This document shows positions 1 through 12,955 of a stretch of DNA of 64,000 nt, one piece after another; the first letter of the stretch is position 1; every line of letters begins with the position of its first letter. This DNA is from Squalus acanthias (taxonomy: Eukaryota), in assembly GCA_030390025.1 (NCBI GenBank), contig CM059432.1:75332001-75396000 (forward strand), in the 5' to 3' direction. Position numbers and translations under genes: made by a program. The notes under the pieces are model-generated. The model was given only the letters and a program-made list of their open reading frames with translations, made no database searches and was not told the DNA's origin.

Positions 1-30
1 CTTATTGTTTGTCCAAATACGCTATTTAGT

Positions 31-748
31 ACTTGTACTTCTTGCAATCTAGTATACTGTATTCGCTGCTCATGATGTGGTCTCCTCTACATTGGGGAGA
101 CCAAACGCAGATTGGGTGACCGCTTTGCGGAACACCTCCATTCAGTCCGTAAGGGGGACCCCGAGCTCCCGGTGGCCTGTCACTTTAATTCTCCACTCCA
201 CTCCCACTCTGACCTCACCATCCTCGGCCTCTTGCATTGTTCCACGGAAGCTCAGCGTAAGCTCGAGGAACAGCACCTCATCTTTCGTTTAGGCACCCTA
301 CAGCCCTCTGGACTCAACATCGAGTTCAACAATTTCAGATCATAACCTTGGCCCCTATCACATATATATATATTTTTATTTTATTTTTTCATCCACCCTT
401 TTGTTTGGCCTTTTTTTTCCCCCTCCCAGAAGCTGGCAGCTGTCTTTCATTCTGCCAGCCCAGTTCACACTTCATCTAGCCTCTACCTGTCACATTAACA
501 CCTCCTCTTGCCTTGATTATCTCTTTATGTCTCTTAATCTCTCCTGCTTTCTATCCCACCACTGACCTTGCCTTTTGTTCTTTCATCCCCTCCCCCTTTT
601 CCCAGCATTATACTTACTTTAAATCTATTTCATTTCCTGCTTTTTTCCAGTTCTGACGAAAGGTCTTCGACCTGAAACGTTAACTCTGTTTCTCTCTCCA
701 CGGATGCTGTCTGGCCTGCTGAGTTTTTCCAGCATTTTCTGTTGTTAT
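31..748 (+). mobile_element. Penelope-like retroelement 3' fragment (GIY-YIG endonuclease end plus 3' UTR/pseudo-LTR)
   Basis: Frame 31-345 reads TCTSCNLVYCIRCS*CGLLYIGETKRRLGDRFAEH...HF...EQHLIFRLGTLQPSGLN (GIY-YIG). Exact 13-bp TSD TACGCTATTTAGT at 18-30 and 749-761. Confidence 0.93.
649..685 (+). ncRNA. Minimal hammerhead ribozyme in Penelope pseudo-LTR
   Basis: AGTT-CTGACGA-A-AGGTC(TTC)GACCT-GAAAC-GTT-AACT: CUGANGA and GAAA core, stem II, stem I AGTT/AACT, palindromic AACGTT stem III. Confidence 0.78.
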
Positions 749-956
749 TACGCTATTTAGTCAAATGTGTTTCTCCACATGCTTGTTTGAAATTAGCTGG
801 AGTATGTGTGCTCATCAAAGTAAGTTATGTCACTGTTGAAAATGGCTCATTTTCTACTTTCTGTAGTCAGTGTTGCCATTATGAGCTCCTAGGTGATTCA
901 TTTGGGGAGACAGCATTAAGGAGCTCCACTTGGAAGCAGACCTGAACTTGTAAGAG

Positions 957-2750
957 ATGGCTGAGCAACAGCAGAGGGAAAGAGCTAGACAGTTCTCAGA
1001 TGTGGCTCTGGAGGCACTGGTGGTGGCTGTAGAGAGGAGGCGGGCTGTCCTCTTCCCCCAAACTGGTAGGAAGCCCATACATCTAGCAGTCTCTGACAGG
1101 AAATATTTGCATACGTGACCGCCAACAGCATGGTCCCCAGATCCTGGATACAATGCCACAAGAAGTTTAATGACCTCCTACGGCAGGTCAAGGTGAGTGA
1201 AGGCTTCAGCAAATGCCATATCCCACCATCTGTACCACAAGCCTCACACACTGCTCAATGCACCACACCCCCATCACTCACCTACTAACAATCTCTACCT
1301 ATCACCACTCAGACCTCACAATCAGGGCTTCACTTCACTCTCACAACCTTACCACTGCTGCAACACTCACACCCACATCTCACTGACAGCTATTCAACAA
1401 TGGCAGGCACATCACCCAAACACATTGCACCACACTCACTGACATACTTCCCTTTCTCTTGCAGGCTAAGGTCGCTCACAATCGCTGGGAGCAGCAACAG
1501 ACAGGTGGGGGACAAACAGCAATATAGGCCTTGAGCCAACTGGAGGAGTCGGTGCTGCAGATCTTTGGAGGGGAAGTCACCGAGGCCGTGGCAACGGACG
1601 AAGTTGAAGCCATTGGGGACAACAATGGTATGGTCATTCCTAATCCTTCCTCTCACATCCTACTTTCCCCTCACCCCACAGTTCTTCTCACTTACAAGCT
1701 GCTGATGCTGCCTGCATGGATATCGTGCTTCCACCCCCCCACCCTCCCCTCACCACAACCCAACTCTTGTGCCTTTCTGCTTTCAGATTACCAAGAACTG
1801 CCAGCCACAGAGCCCGTATCCGAGGCGATGGAGGGGAGCGAAGGAGAAGAAGAAGGCACACCGTCACGACATCTAACACTCACAGACACCAGCTGAATTT
1901 AGAGGGTCGTGTAGATGCGGGATCTGCATCCCGGAGGGCGAGTTCACGCGCGAGTTCTGCTGCACACGATTCAGATGAGGACCTCGATGGGGTGGCCTTC
2001 AGAAGAAGGGTGATGGGCATGCACACCGAATTGCGAGGTGCAATGGCAAGCCTGCCAGAGAGCCTCTTGGCAATGTCAAGGAGCATGGAGGAGTCCAGCT
2101 CCAACATTTGCCGGGGCTTTGCGCAGAGCTTGGAGCCCATGATTTCCAGGCTGGAAATGATGGACAACTCCAGGAGAGACCATGTCGACCCAGACATGCT
2201 GCTGCGTGTGATGGGTGATATCACGGCTTCCATTGCAGCACAAGCGGAAGCGACCCAGCGTCTTAGTGCTGCAGTGGAAGTGCAGACCGCTCTCCTGCAG
2301 TCTCAAATTGCTGCCACCCAAGCTGAGACTGCTGCCATCGTGGCTGAGTTTACCAGTGTCGAACAGGGCTTGCAAGGTGTTGCAGCAGACCAGCAATCTG
2401 TCCTCCAACAGATTGCTAGGAAAGCTCAGACGTCGCCCCGTGGGAGTGGCAGTGGATCTGTGGAGCAGGACCCTGCTGTCCTCTATCAGGATGACAGCAT
2501 TCCTATTTCCACCACTGCCACTCTGGCATTGCCCTTGCCATTGCCTGTCAGCCAGCCAGCCCAGACTGCTGCTGCCCATGCTGAGATGGTGCAGTCTACC
2601 GCTGGGCCTTCCAGGTCCAGAGCTGGTCGAGGCCATCCTGCAAGGCCATCTGAAGTCTCCCCCATGGAAACTCAGCAGTCTTCCACCAGCCATGCTGCAG
2701 CCACTGGGGGAGCACTGCATCGGAGCACCACAGCAGGAAAGGGCACCTGA
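957..2750 (+). pseudogene. Harbinger Myb/SANT-like DNA-binding protein gene, 3 exons (957-1192, 1465-1627, 1787-2750), disrupted
   Basis: MAEQQQRERARQFSDVALEALV...VLFP...RSWIQCHKKFNDL; GT/AG splice sites; exon 2 KVAHNRWEQQQTGGG with an in-frame stop; long Ser/Ala/Gln-rich last exon. Confidence 0.82.
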
Positions 2751-2945
2751 ACGACAGACACTAAGTGATTGCACAAAGGTGATTAGTTCATATTGTATTT
2801 GTGAATTGAATAGTGATGAATTTATTAATTTTGTTTGGAATCTTTGTTTTATGGCGGCTCTCATTCCAGGAGGAGGCTGTGATATTCCGTGACAGAGGGC
2901 TGGTATGATGGGGATGTGGTGAGCAATGGGGATCTGGGGTTTCAT

Positions 2946-4055
2946 TCACTGGAATCAGAGTCTGATGAGGTGTTCATGGACAGCCTGTGCTGAAGTGAGA
3001 TTTGCTGGCTGCCTCCTCCCTTCCTCCTCATCCTCCTCCTCTTCCTCGTCCTTCTCTCCTTCATCCTCCTCCTGAGGTGGTCCCGCAATCCCTGCTGGCA
3101 AGGGCTGCGTCCTCATGATGGCCAAGTTGTGAAGCATGCAGTATGACCACCACAAAATGGAACACTCGCTCCGCCGAGTACTGGAGGGCTCCTCCTGAGC
3201 GGTCAAGGCAGCAGAACCATTGCTTCAGCAGTCTGATGGTCTGCTCGATGGTGTTCCTGGTGGCAGCATGGCGCTCATGATATGAGTGCTGGGCACGTAT
3301 TGGGTTTGTGGAGGGGATTCATGAGCCAGGTGCGGAGCGGATAGTCCTTGTTTCCTGAGCAGCCACCTTTGTTTTAACGTGGTGGCTGGAAGATTGCTGG
3401 CATGCCGGACTGATGCAGGATGAAAGCATCATGACTGCTGCTAGGATAGCGGTAGGTGTGGTCGCACAACAAATGCACATTAAGAGAGTGGTAGCTTTTG
3501 TGGTTACGGAACATCTCAGGATTGATATACAGCGCCCGCAAAGCCACGTGGGTGCAGTTGATGGTGCCCTGCACCATGGGAAATCCCACTATCCTGGCAA
3601 ACCCACTTGCATGATCCTCCTGCTTTTCTCTGCTCAGAGAAAAGAAAACATAGTCCCTTTTCCTGGAGTAGAGAGCGTCTGTGACCTCCCAGATGCAGTG
3701 ATGGATGGCGAACTGGGAGATGTTAGCTATGTCTCCTGCTGCAGCGGATTCGCTGGTGAAGACCTTGAGAGCCACTGAGAAAGCCGTGGTCGCCCTGCTT
3801 TGAGGCTGCAGGTCTGGTTGCAGAGGTGGCAGAGTTCTGTGACCACTTTCTTGGTGAAGCGGAGCCTCCTAATAATCTGCTGCTCGCTTAAGTGGAGATA
3901 AGAGAAGTGCTCTCTGAAGACCCTAGGTGGGTAAGGCCTCTGTTGAGAGCCCTCCTAGCCCTCCTCCTCCTCCCTCTGCGCGCATCTTCTCCTCTTCTTC
4001 GCTGCCTCTCCCAAAGATACTCGAGCATGAGGGGGACTGCCAGTAGAGCCCCCAT
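2946..4055 (-). pseudogene. Harbinger (HARBI1-like) DDE transposase, frameshifted
   Basis: GFPMVQGTINCTH, HSLNVHLLCD, YPSSSHDAFIL, CMLHNLA and an acidic tail, spread over several frames. Confidence 0.9.
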
Positions 4056-4904
4056 GACTGTGAGCAAGTATTTTGAGCAGGAGCCTTTAAATATGAATGA
4101 AAGCGTTCTCCAGTTGCACCAACACTCCCTGTCACCTTAGGACATTGAATGAAGTTTAGAAAGCTGCTAGAGTTGCAGAAAGTTCCACAGAGCCAGTCAA
4201 ACTGAAGAAATATGTCAACTGCAAGTTGTTGCTGATGAGCACTGCTGAAGCCTCCTTCCTGCTTGTCAGTGCTTGGTCAGCTGGTCGTAATTAACACAGG
4301 CCGGTAAGTTGAGCAGCGCACTCCAAAGTGGCAGATCGGGTGTCAGGTGAGCGTTGCACACTCACTGACATCACGATCTGCATAATCTACATATTGCTAG
4401 TGAGCACGGACATTGGCAGCGCTGCCGCCCACCCGAAAATGGCGGCTGCCACGGGACCTGCCGGTAGCGCACAGAAGTGAGGTGGCTGCCGTTTCTTTTC
4501 CCGAAACGGGCCAAAACAGCCAGCGGTAACACTGCGAATTTCTAGGCTGGTATATTTATAATTAATACAGCCACTCTCACATAGGAACAGGAATAAGCCA
4601 TTTAGTCCCCTGAGTTCCTCCATTCAGTTAGATCATGGATGATCTGTACCTCAACTCTATTTACCCACCATTGCTCTGTATGGCTTGAAAACCCTCCCTA
4701 ACAAAAATCTATCAGTCTCAGTCTTGAAAAATTCTATTGACCCAGAATTCACAGTCTTTTGGGGGAGCAAGTTCCAGATTTCCACTACCTTTTGTGTGAA
4801 AAAATGCTTCCTGATTTCACTCCTATATGCTGGTTTTAGACTGGGGTGGACAAATGTGAGAAGTCGCACAACACCAGGGTATAGTCCAACAGCTTTATTT
4901 GAAA

Positions 4905-4941
4905 TCACAAGCTTTCGGAGCGCTGCTCCTTCGTCAGGTGA
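4905..4941 (-). ncRNA. Minimal hammerhead ribozyme
   Basis: Minus strand TCAC-CTGACGA-A-GGAGC(AGC)GCTCC-GAAAGCTT-GTGA. Confidence 0.8.
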
Positions 4942-4953
4942 AGTCACATGACT

Positions 4954-4990
4954 TCACCTGATGAAGGAGCAGCGCTCCGAAAGCTTGTGA
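4954..4990 (+). ncRNA. Minimal hammerhead ribozyme
   Basis: TCAC-CTGATGA-A-GGAGC(AGC)GCTCC-GAAAGCTT-GTGA. Confidence 0.8.
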
Positions 4991-7421
4991 TTTCAAATAA
5001 AGCTGTAGGACTATAAGCTGGTGTTGTGCGACTTCTCACATTTGTCCACTCCTATATGGCATAGCTCTAATTTTAAAATTGTTCCCCCTTGTTCTGGATT
5101 TCCCCACCAGAGGAAATAGTTTCTCTGCATCTACCCTATTGAATCCCTTTATTATTTAACAACCTCGGTTAAATCACCCCTCAACCTTCTAAACTCAATT
5201 TATACAATCTGTCTGCATAATTTTAACCCTTTAAGACCTGGTGTTATTCTGGTTAATCTGCACTGTACCCACTCCAAGGCCAATATATCTTTCTGGAGTG
5301 TTGGTGTTCAAAACTAATAGCAGTTCTCCAGATGGGATCTGACCACGCCTCTGTACAACCGAAGCATAACTTCCTTCCCTTTGTAATCCAACTCCCTTCA
5401 GATAAAGGCCAACATTCTATTAGACTTGATTACTTTTTGTACCTGTGCACTAGTGATTTTGTGTACATGGAGACCTAAATTCCTTACCCCTCCACAGCTC
5501 CTAGACTCTCACCATTAAGAAAATATTCCGATTTATTTTCCTCGGATGCAAATTGGATGACCTCACACTTCCCACATTGAACTCTGCAGATTGGAAACCC
5601 ACATATAATGAATGTTAGGCATGGCAAGGTAGTGTTTGTTATATGATAGATTTACTGTATGGCATATCTTGGTAAGTCTTTTTTTGTGTAATGACATCGT
5701 CTATAAATATTTCCCAGGTTTTCACTTTGAAATGCAGGGATTTGGAAACTATAATCGCTACATTGTTGCTTCACACGGTTTTATGGATTGGATAATGGGA
5801 CCAGCTCTTTGTCCTGCACCACTCAGCATTCTCAGCAAAATGGGACACTCTCAACTATCCTGCACACCAAGGATCTGCTTCCATTGGCTCAATACTGTGT
5901 TAGCTGAAGGTTTTATTCAGATGGGTGAATGGATCGAAAACCCTGTCAGACATCCTATTTTACAATATGATGGATTCACGCTGGTGAACACTGCACAAGC
6001 TGGCTCCTATGCTTTATAAGCTATGGGTTTAATCATAATATTAAGGCCCCTTGGAGACCAGTGTAGTGAAGCCATACTTATAAGCAAGGCAGACTTTTTG
6101 CTGGGCAATGGAAATATCTGGCCGGCATGCTGACTGTGTGCAGAGGGCACTGAGAAGTTATTTCATGGACACAGGTGGGCCTGGATAGAGATGGCTGGTT
6201 TTAATTGTGCCTTTGAGATGTTAAAAATTAGTGATAACCAACCCTTTATTCATTACAGATAAACAGGCATCCCAGCTGCTCAGCCGCCCACCGGAATTTG
6301 TAATTAGGGCCCTGGTCATGTCAGTGGCTGTTTGCTTTGTGTTGCAGCTGTGCTTTTTACAGATCAGGGCCTTCTTAGTACTTCAAACTCAGTTAGCAAT
6401 TCAAAATGATTTTTTTAAGTAATTTTCAATTTTCACCTTAAAGCATGATTCTGTTTCTGTTCACGCTGTAATGTAATCTAATTATCAAATGGAAAATTAA
6501 GCACCATCATTTTTAATGATGATCATAAACAGGATGTTTTTAAAAATAGCTTTTGAAATTTAAATGTAAAAGTGGGTATGATGGCAGTTGAGCTCCTCCA
6601 GTAGAGTTGCAATCACTTTAAACAGTAATATGGTGAAAAATTATAAATAATAAGACAAAAAAGTGCTTTATGATGATCGAATAGTAGTAGTGACAGTAGT
6701 CTAGAATCTCAGATAATTTGCTGTGGGTTCTTCTCAAACCTCAAGAAAAACTAAATGATCTGAGAGTAATGTATCTTTTAAAAGGGTGCACTGTACCCTA
6801 AGTTTTGTGAGACTGATTCCACTTATTTGAGTGCTATATCAATGCAAGTTGTTGTTGTTTTAAAGCACTGTTACAGATATTCCATTTTGTGTGCGATACT
6901 ATTTCTCTGTTTTTCTTACAAACCAGATACACTACACATTTTGCATCTCTGTGAAGTGGTTTGGCTAATAGTTGGGGTATAATTGAAGTCAAAATTTGGG
7001 TTTGGTTCTTGGGTGTAAAACCAGCACCAGGAGGCAGTCTCACACTGTTTGGGCTTCACACTGGCTACAGACTTTTTAAACTGTAATTTTAAAATGTAAA
7101 AAAATGTAAAGAATCTGCTGAACTACCATTACATTTTTACTGCTAGTGATGAGTTGATTAAACATTTTACTGGCATTTGGACACGGGAGGGAGGGGTGGG
7201 TGGGACTTTCTCTGCTTCCTATTTCCACTATCTTCTCCCTAATTACACTTGTGCAGAGATCTGCTTTCCTCCAATTTGAGAGTAGTATGCAGGCAACACT
7301 AAAACTGAGTGCTGCTGACTCGCACCAATCTAACAAGGTATTGGTGTCATGGCACAACAATGGCATTTACATACTCTGTATCTCTCAGTTCCATTAAAAA
7401 CTGAATAAGTGTTAACACCAG

Positions 7422-8100
7422 AACATAGGAACAGGAGTAGGCCATTCAGCCCCTCGAGCACGTTCCGCCATTCAATTAGATCATAGCTGATCTGTATCTT
7501 AACTTACTCTACCTGCCTTGGTTCTGTAACCCTTAATACCATTGCCTAACAAAAATCTATCAAGCTAAGTTTTGAATTTTCAATTGACCTAGCCTCAACA
7601 GCTATTTGGGAGAGAGAGTTCCAGATTTACACTACCCTTTGTGTGAAGAAGTGCTTTCTGACATCACCCCTGAATGGTCGAGCTCCAATTTTAAGGTTAT
7701 ACCCCCTTGATCTGGACTCTCCCACCAGAGCAGATACTCTATCTACCCTATCAAATCCTTTAATCATCATAAACACTTCAATTAGATCACCCCTTAATCT
7801 TCTATACTCAAGATGCGGAGATGCCGGTGTTGGACTGGGGTGGACAAAAGTGAGAAGTCGCACAACACCATTTTTTTCTATACTCAAGGGAATACAAGCC
7901 TTGTCTGTGCAACTTGTCCTCATAATTTGACCCTTTTAGCCTCTGTATCATTCTGGTGAATCTGCGCTGCACCCACTCCAAAGTCAATACATCCTTCCTG
8001 AGGAGCGATGTCCAGAACTGAATGCAGTACTCCAGATAGGGTCCAACCACAGCTTTGCACAGCTGTAAAATAACTTCCACCCCTTTGTATTCCAGCCCCT
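7422..8100 (-). mobile_element. CR1 LINE 3' fragment
   Basis: PYLEYCIQFW...RRLRGDLIEVF...RKHFFTQRVV and CR1 3' UTR. Confidence 0.88.
7813..7875. mobile_element. Truncated copy of the Penelope-derived mini-element
   Basis: Matches 4838-4876 and 62890-62945; 13-bp TSD TTCTATACTCAAG at 7800-7812 and 7876-7888. Confidence 0.8.
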
Positions 8101-8748
8101 TTTCAGCAGCCTTTAGAAAGTCTGAAATATTCAATAACTGGAATCTGTTCAGAAAACAAGTCACAAGCACGATCATTATACATTTACACTGTAAGAAAAC
8201 TTCAGTCATACTCTTTACAAACATCTGGTAGATCACTTCATTCTGTTGGGGTTAACTTCAAACCTTACTATAAAGCAAGTTTTAAAGGTGCTTTCTGGAA
8301 GTTGTTAAAAGTTTATGAAGTTTACTTCATCACAATTCATTAATATTTGTTCAAAGACTTTTCTTGCCATTACATATTATTGTTTCTTTATAGTATGGCA
8401 CTAGTACTGTTAAATAATTAGGTAAAAGTTCCATAGGTTATTCCAATCCAGTCAGTACAATATCTTAGATCCACAGTGATATTCCTTATTGTAGTTAGGA
8501 CAAAGCCCTTACACAGAACACAAATGCATAGTAATGTGTTGCACATGTAGAGAAATCTCTTAATCGGTAATAAACATTTATCATTAGATGGGAATATCCA
8601 AGACTTCCATTTCTATCTGCTAAAGATAATTGAAAGGGATTTTTTTTTGGGGGGGGGGGGGAAGAGTTTAGAAAATTGTTTGTTGCAGATAATAAGTATT
8701 GTACTTAAAAATAAAATTAGACATGGTGACATGTCTTGCAGACACCTT

Positions 8749-9089
8749 GGCCCCAATACTTAATGGAGGTGGGGAGCGTGCGGGGGAGGCCAAAAGCGAC
8801 TGAAGAACTCGGCAAGGCCGGGGACATGGAGGTGCTGCTGAATTTAATGGCAGGGCCTCATTCTAATTTTATTCTTCCCTTTTCCACCTGGCAGCCAGCC
8901 GAATTGACAGGCTTGTCGGCTGTCGGGCGGGAAAACTGCACGCCACTCAACCTGCCGCCGTAAAAATGGTGGCAGACGCATTCGCGTCGGTTTGGGGTCG
9001 TGTTTTATGTTTTTTTAAGTGCTCAACCCCCTCCTCCTCGACCTCCTCCTGCCCTTTATGTGGGGTGGGGGGAGGTTAATATTGAGCCC
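8749..9089. mobile_element. Harbinger-type MITE
   Basis: TIR GGCCCCAATACT / AATATTGAGCCC; TSD CTT on both sides. Confidence 0.6.
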
Positions 9090-9612
9090 CTTCTGTCTAA
9101 GTTTACACATGAAGAATGGCCACTTGGATGAGGTACTGGAAGACAGCTGGCACATGTGTAACCATACTCCAACGAGAGGCCGAGCTTTCAGGAGAGGAGA
9201 AGAAGGGGGAAATTATGGGATGAATCTTGCTGGAAAAGTAATGGATTATTAACGACGCACGCTGTTATTAATGCATAAATCGGCCAGCAAATTCAAGGGA
9301 TTAAGAGATACAGCATGAGTTGTGAATCTCCAGAACTTGCTGATCGATTTACATTGCTACACTGTTTGCTTTGCACAAACGGCATCTCAACCTTAGCCTC
9401 CCCGTTATTTTTAAGAACTTGCTGGATTTGCACATTAATTGTCCATTAAACTCGCCGCAGAAAGTTAGGGTTGGTGATTAAGAGCATAAGCACCTTTTTA
9501 ACTGCGTAATAATTGTTAATGCAATGCCAATCAACCTCTCTGGCCCAGAAAGGGAATAGCTTAAACAATTCAATCTCATTCCTGAATGTCGTAAATTCTT
9601 CTTAGAGATTAA

Positions 9613-10304
9613 GGAGGTGAAATTTGGTTGCTTTGCGCCTCCCGTTAGCGCCCTAAAAGGGCGCTAACGGGGTGCAAAGCAACTAGCACCCAGGCGCGGC
9701 ACCGCAAACGTCCTCCCTGCGAAATTCAGCGGGAGGTAAGCGGTGGCGGTAACAGTTAGCGCGGCGCTGCGCCGCCAGCGATGATGTCATCGCCGTGCGC
9801 AGCACCCTGCTCGTGCCCTGCCGCAATCTTCGGTAGTGCCCCCTAACTTACCGCTGGACGCTATGTCCAACGGGGTCGGGGGGCCTACCTGTGGCCGGGG
9901 CGGCACTTATTAAAGGCGAGGTGCCGGGTGGCCATTTTTGTAGCTGGCTGCCTGCCAGCATGTGACTCCGTTGCCATCCCTGGCCTCCTGAGAACCCCCC
10001 CCCCCCCCCCCCCCCCCCGCAGAGTGCCGGCTGCGCTCCACGAGCTGGGCCCCGGGTCGCGCTGTGCAAGGCCCCTCCCCTTTAAGAAGGGGAAGAAGGA
10101 CTGCACTACCGTGGCACGATATGCCGCGATATTCCCTTGCAGCACCCCAAGAGGGAGGCGGGGCACTTCCAGTAGCACCCTGCTTCCCTCTTGGGGCACT
10201 ACCGATGAATTTCGACCGCGGGGGTGCTAATTTTTTCGGGGCTCTAAAAGTAGCGCCCCGGCAAAGTTAGCACCCCAAAGAGGGCGCGACTCAATTTTTC
10301 CCCC
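9613..10304 (-). mobile_element. Harbinger MITE family 1 (~700 bp, CpG-rich)
   Basis: TIR GGAGGTGAAATT / AATTTTTCCCCC; flanks TAA/TTA; reverse-complement homolog of 10830-11570 and 28604-29308. Confidence 0.85.
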
Positions 10305-10829
10305 TTAAAAATTTCAAATTTTAAATGTTTTTCTTTTTTTTCCTTTCTGTCTCTTTTTGCTCTTTCTTTATCCAATCTTTCTTTCCCTCTCTTAATTTTT
10401 CTTTCTGTACCTGATTTGACTCAAATTCACCCACTCTAATTCATGTTATTTCTCCATCGTTCCTCTGTTAGAATCATAGGCCGCAATTTTGCCGGCGCTC
10501 AGAGGGCGGGTTTGGAGGTGGGTCCGGGGTTAAAATCAAACTGAAGTGGCCATCCAGCATCCACGCAACTTTACAGAGTGTCGGGTCTGCGAGTTCCGAT
10601 CAGACCTGACACCAAGTGGCGGGTGAGCCACAACAGCTTGTTAACTGCCTGGATAATCCTATTTTAAGAGGCTCTTCCCATTTTGCAACATTTTCAGCAT
10701 GTTGCACATCATGCGACAAACATGCCAGCTGATTGTGCCGGGTTCAGCAACTACGCGAATTCTTGACAGCTGCTCCTGCAGCATAAAAGCCGACCTGTAA
10801 CATGGTTGACTTTCAGATGACAGAACTTT

Positions 10830-11570
10830 GGGGTAAAAATTGAGTCGCGCCCCAATTGGGGCGCTAACCTCGCCGGGGCGCGACTTTTAGCGCCCCGAAA
10901 AAATTAGCGGCCCCGCGCTGGAACTTCAGTGGTTGCGCCCCAAGAGGGAAGCGGGGCGCCACTGGAAGCACCCCGCATCCCTCTTGGGGCGCTGCGAGGG
11001 CGCTGCGGCACGTCGCGCCGCGGTATTGCAGGCCTTCCTCCCCTTCTTAAAGGGGAGGGACCCTGCGCAGCGCGAACCGGGGCCCAGCTGGGCCCCCAGG
11101 GATCGGGAGTGCCGGCAAAAGAGCCCGCCACTCAAGAGAAGTGCCGGGCTCTTGGAGCGCAGCCGGCACTTCACGGTGGGGGGGCTTCACGGGGGCCGGG
11201 GACAGCAACGGGGGCAGGTGCTGGCAGGCGGCCAGCAACAAAAATGGCCGCCTGCCACCTCCCCTTTAAATATCGCCGCCCCGGCCGCACGTACGCCTCC
11301 CTGAACCCGTCGGACATAGCGTCTGGCGGTAAATCAGGGGGCGCGACTGAAGATCACGGCCGGGGCGCGAGCGGGGTGCTGCGCACGGCGATGACGTCAT
11401 CGCCGGCGGCGCAGCGCCACAGGGCGCTACCGGCTGCCGCCGCCGCTAACCTCCCGCTGAATTTTTCGGGAGGCGTGGGCGGCGCTGCGCCCGGGCGTTA
11501 GCTGCTTTACGCCCCATTAGCGCCCTCTTAAGGCGCTAACGGGAGGCGCAAGCAGCTGAATTTTTCCCCC
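10830..11570 (+). mobile_element. Harbinger MITE family 1 nested in element B
   Basis: TIR GGGGTAAAAATT / AATTTTTCCCCC; TSD TTT. Confidence 0.88.
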
Positions 11571-11722
11571 TTTGTGTTTTGAGGTTTTGGAACACATTTT
11601 GCTGGTCTATTGAGCTTGTAAGTGTTTAATCTGAGATCCATGGACCTCCATGGAATACCCTCTCCCCACATTGACTGAGCGCTTATAACATCTCTTCCTC
11701 AATTGAGATATATACCAGCAGA

Positions 11723-12955
11723 ATGGGAACCATTTATACCCTCTCATCCTGGCCCTCAGAATCGGAGGAAGAGCAGCCGCGGCAGCAGCAGAACCAGGCA
11801 CAACAGCAGCATCAACAACAGGAGCGCCAACCTTCTCCTCACCCACCTGATGCTGCACAGGGCAGAGGGCATCAGCGCAGGGCTGCACCTCGCCGCAGAA
11901 GATACCCGCAACACAGGGTTTACAGGCCGAGGATGACCTTCCTCAACATGAGTGAGCAGCAGTGCCAAAGGAGGCTGAGACTTTTGCGAGAGGTAGTCGC
12001 TGAGATCTGCATAATGCTGCACCAACACCTGGAGCCCAGAGGAGCGGGTGGACACTCCTTACCAGTGGCTGTCAAAGTCACCACCGCACTCAACTTCTTT
12101 GCTTCAGGGTCCTTCCAGTGATCAGCAGTAGACATCAGCGGCATTTCCCAGTCGGCCGCACACAGTTGCATCACGCAGGTTACCGATGCCCTCTTTGCCA
12201 AGTCGCACAATTACATCCACTTCTCCATGGATGAAGCAAGTGTTACCGCGCGTGCGGTTGGCTTTGCAAATATGGCAGGCTTCCCAAGGGTGCAGGGCAT
12301 CGTAGACTGCACACATGTGGCCATTAGGGCATCCCATCACAACCCAGCTGTATTTGTCAACCGCAAGGGCTTCCACTCCCTTAATGTCCAGCTGGTGTGT
12401 AACCACAGGAGCATCATCATGCATGTTTGCGCCAAGTTCCCTGGCAGTTGCCATGACTCGTTCATCCTGTGGTAGTCTACGTTGCCTCAGCTGTTCAGTC
12501 CGCCAACCCAACTTTCCGGGTGGCTCCTTGGAGACAAGGGCTATCCCTTGAAGACATGGCTAATGACACCGATGAGGAGGCCATCAAACAAAGCTGAGGA
12601 GCGCTACAATGAGAGCCACATTTCCACCAGAAGCATCATAGAGCAAACCATCGGCTTGCTCAAAATGCGATTCAGATGCCTCGACAGATCAGGTGGAGCC
12701 CTGCAGTACTCACCAGCCAGGGTCTCCAGAATCATCATGGTCTGCTGTGCCCTGCACAACATCGCACAGCAATGTGGCTTAGCGCTGCCTGAGGAACAAA
12801 TGGCTCAGTGCACAGCCTCCTTGGAAGAGGAGGAGGAGGACAAGGCGGCAGATGAGGAAGACCTTGCGGAGGCGGATGCGCCAGTTCCACCAGCATGCGA
12901 GCACATTGCTGGCCGTGAGGCAAGGGATACACTAATCCATGCCAGATTCACGTAA
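11723..12955 (+). pseudogene. Harbinger (HARBI1-like) DDE transposase, single frame with two premature stops
   Basis: ORFs 11723-12121, 12227-12475 and 12482-12955 share one frame; motifs [36 protein letters not shown]. Confidence 0.95.

Larger units (their letters stand above)
762..4548. mobile_element. PIF/Harbinger transposon A (decayed; left TIR not visible, possibly off-window)
   Basis: Convergent Myb-like and transposase genes. Right end CGAATTTCTAGGCT matches the TIR GGCCTAGAAATTCG of the 20789-21907 element. Confidence 0.85.
4830..5046. mobile_element. Penelope-derived palindromic mini-element with two hammerheads
   Basis: ~101-bp inverted arms (4846-4946 / 4949-5049); 12-bp TSD CACTCCTATATG at 4818-4829 and 5047-5058. 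Confidence 0.85.
4580..5590 (-). mobile_element. CR1 LINE 3' fragment
   Basis: RKHFFTQKVVEIWNLLP RT C-terminus and CR1 3' UTR; interrupted at 4830-5046. Confidence 0.85.

Noticed and set aside
2076..2945. 289-aa minus-strand ORF
   Set aside because: Antisense shadow of the Myb-like last exon with no recognisable motif.
5636..6019. 127-aa ORF as a host exon
   Set aside because: No recognisable protein similarity or convincing splice pair.
9848..11501. GC-rich ORFs as protein-coding genes or a host CpG-island promoter
   Set aside because: They fall within multi-copy MITEs, and the frames are not conserved between copies.
11723..12955. Host HARBI1 gene
   Set aside because: It has premature stops, lies between TIRs next to a Myb partner, and has several paralogous fragments in the window, so it is a transposon copy, not the domesticated gene.
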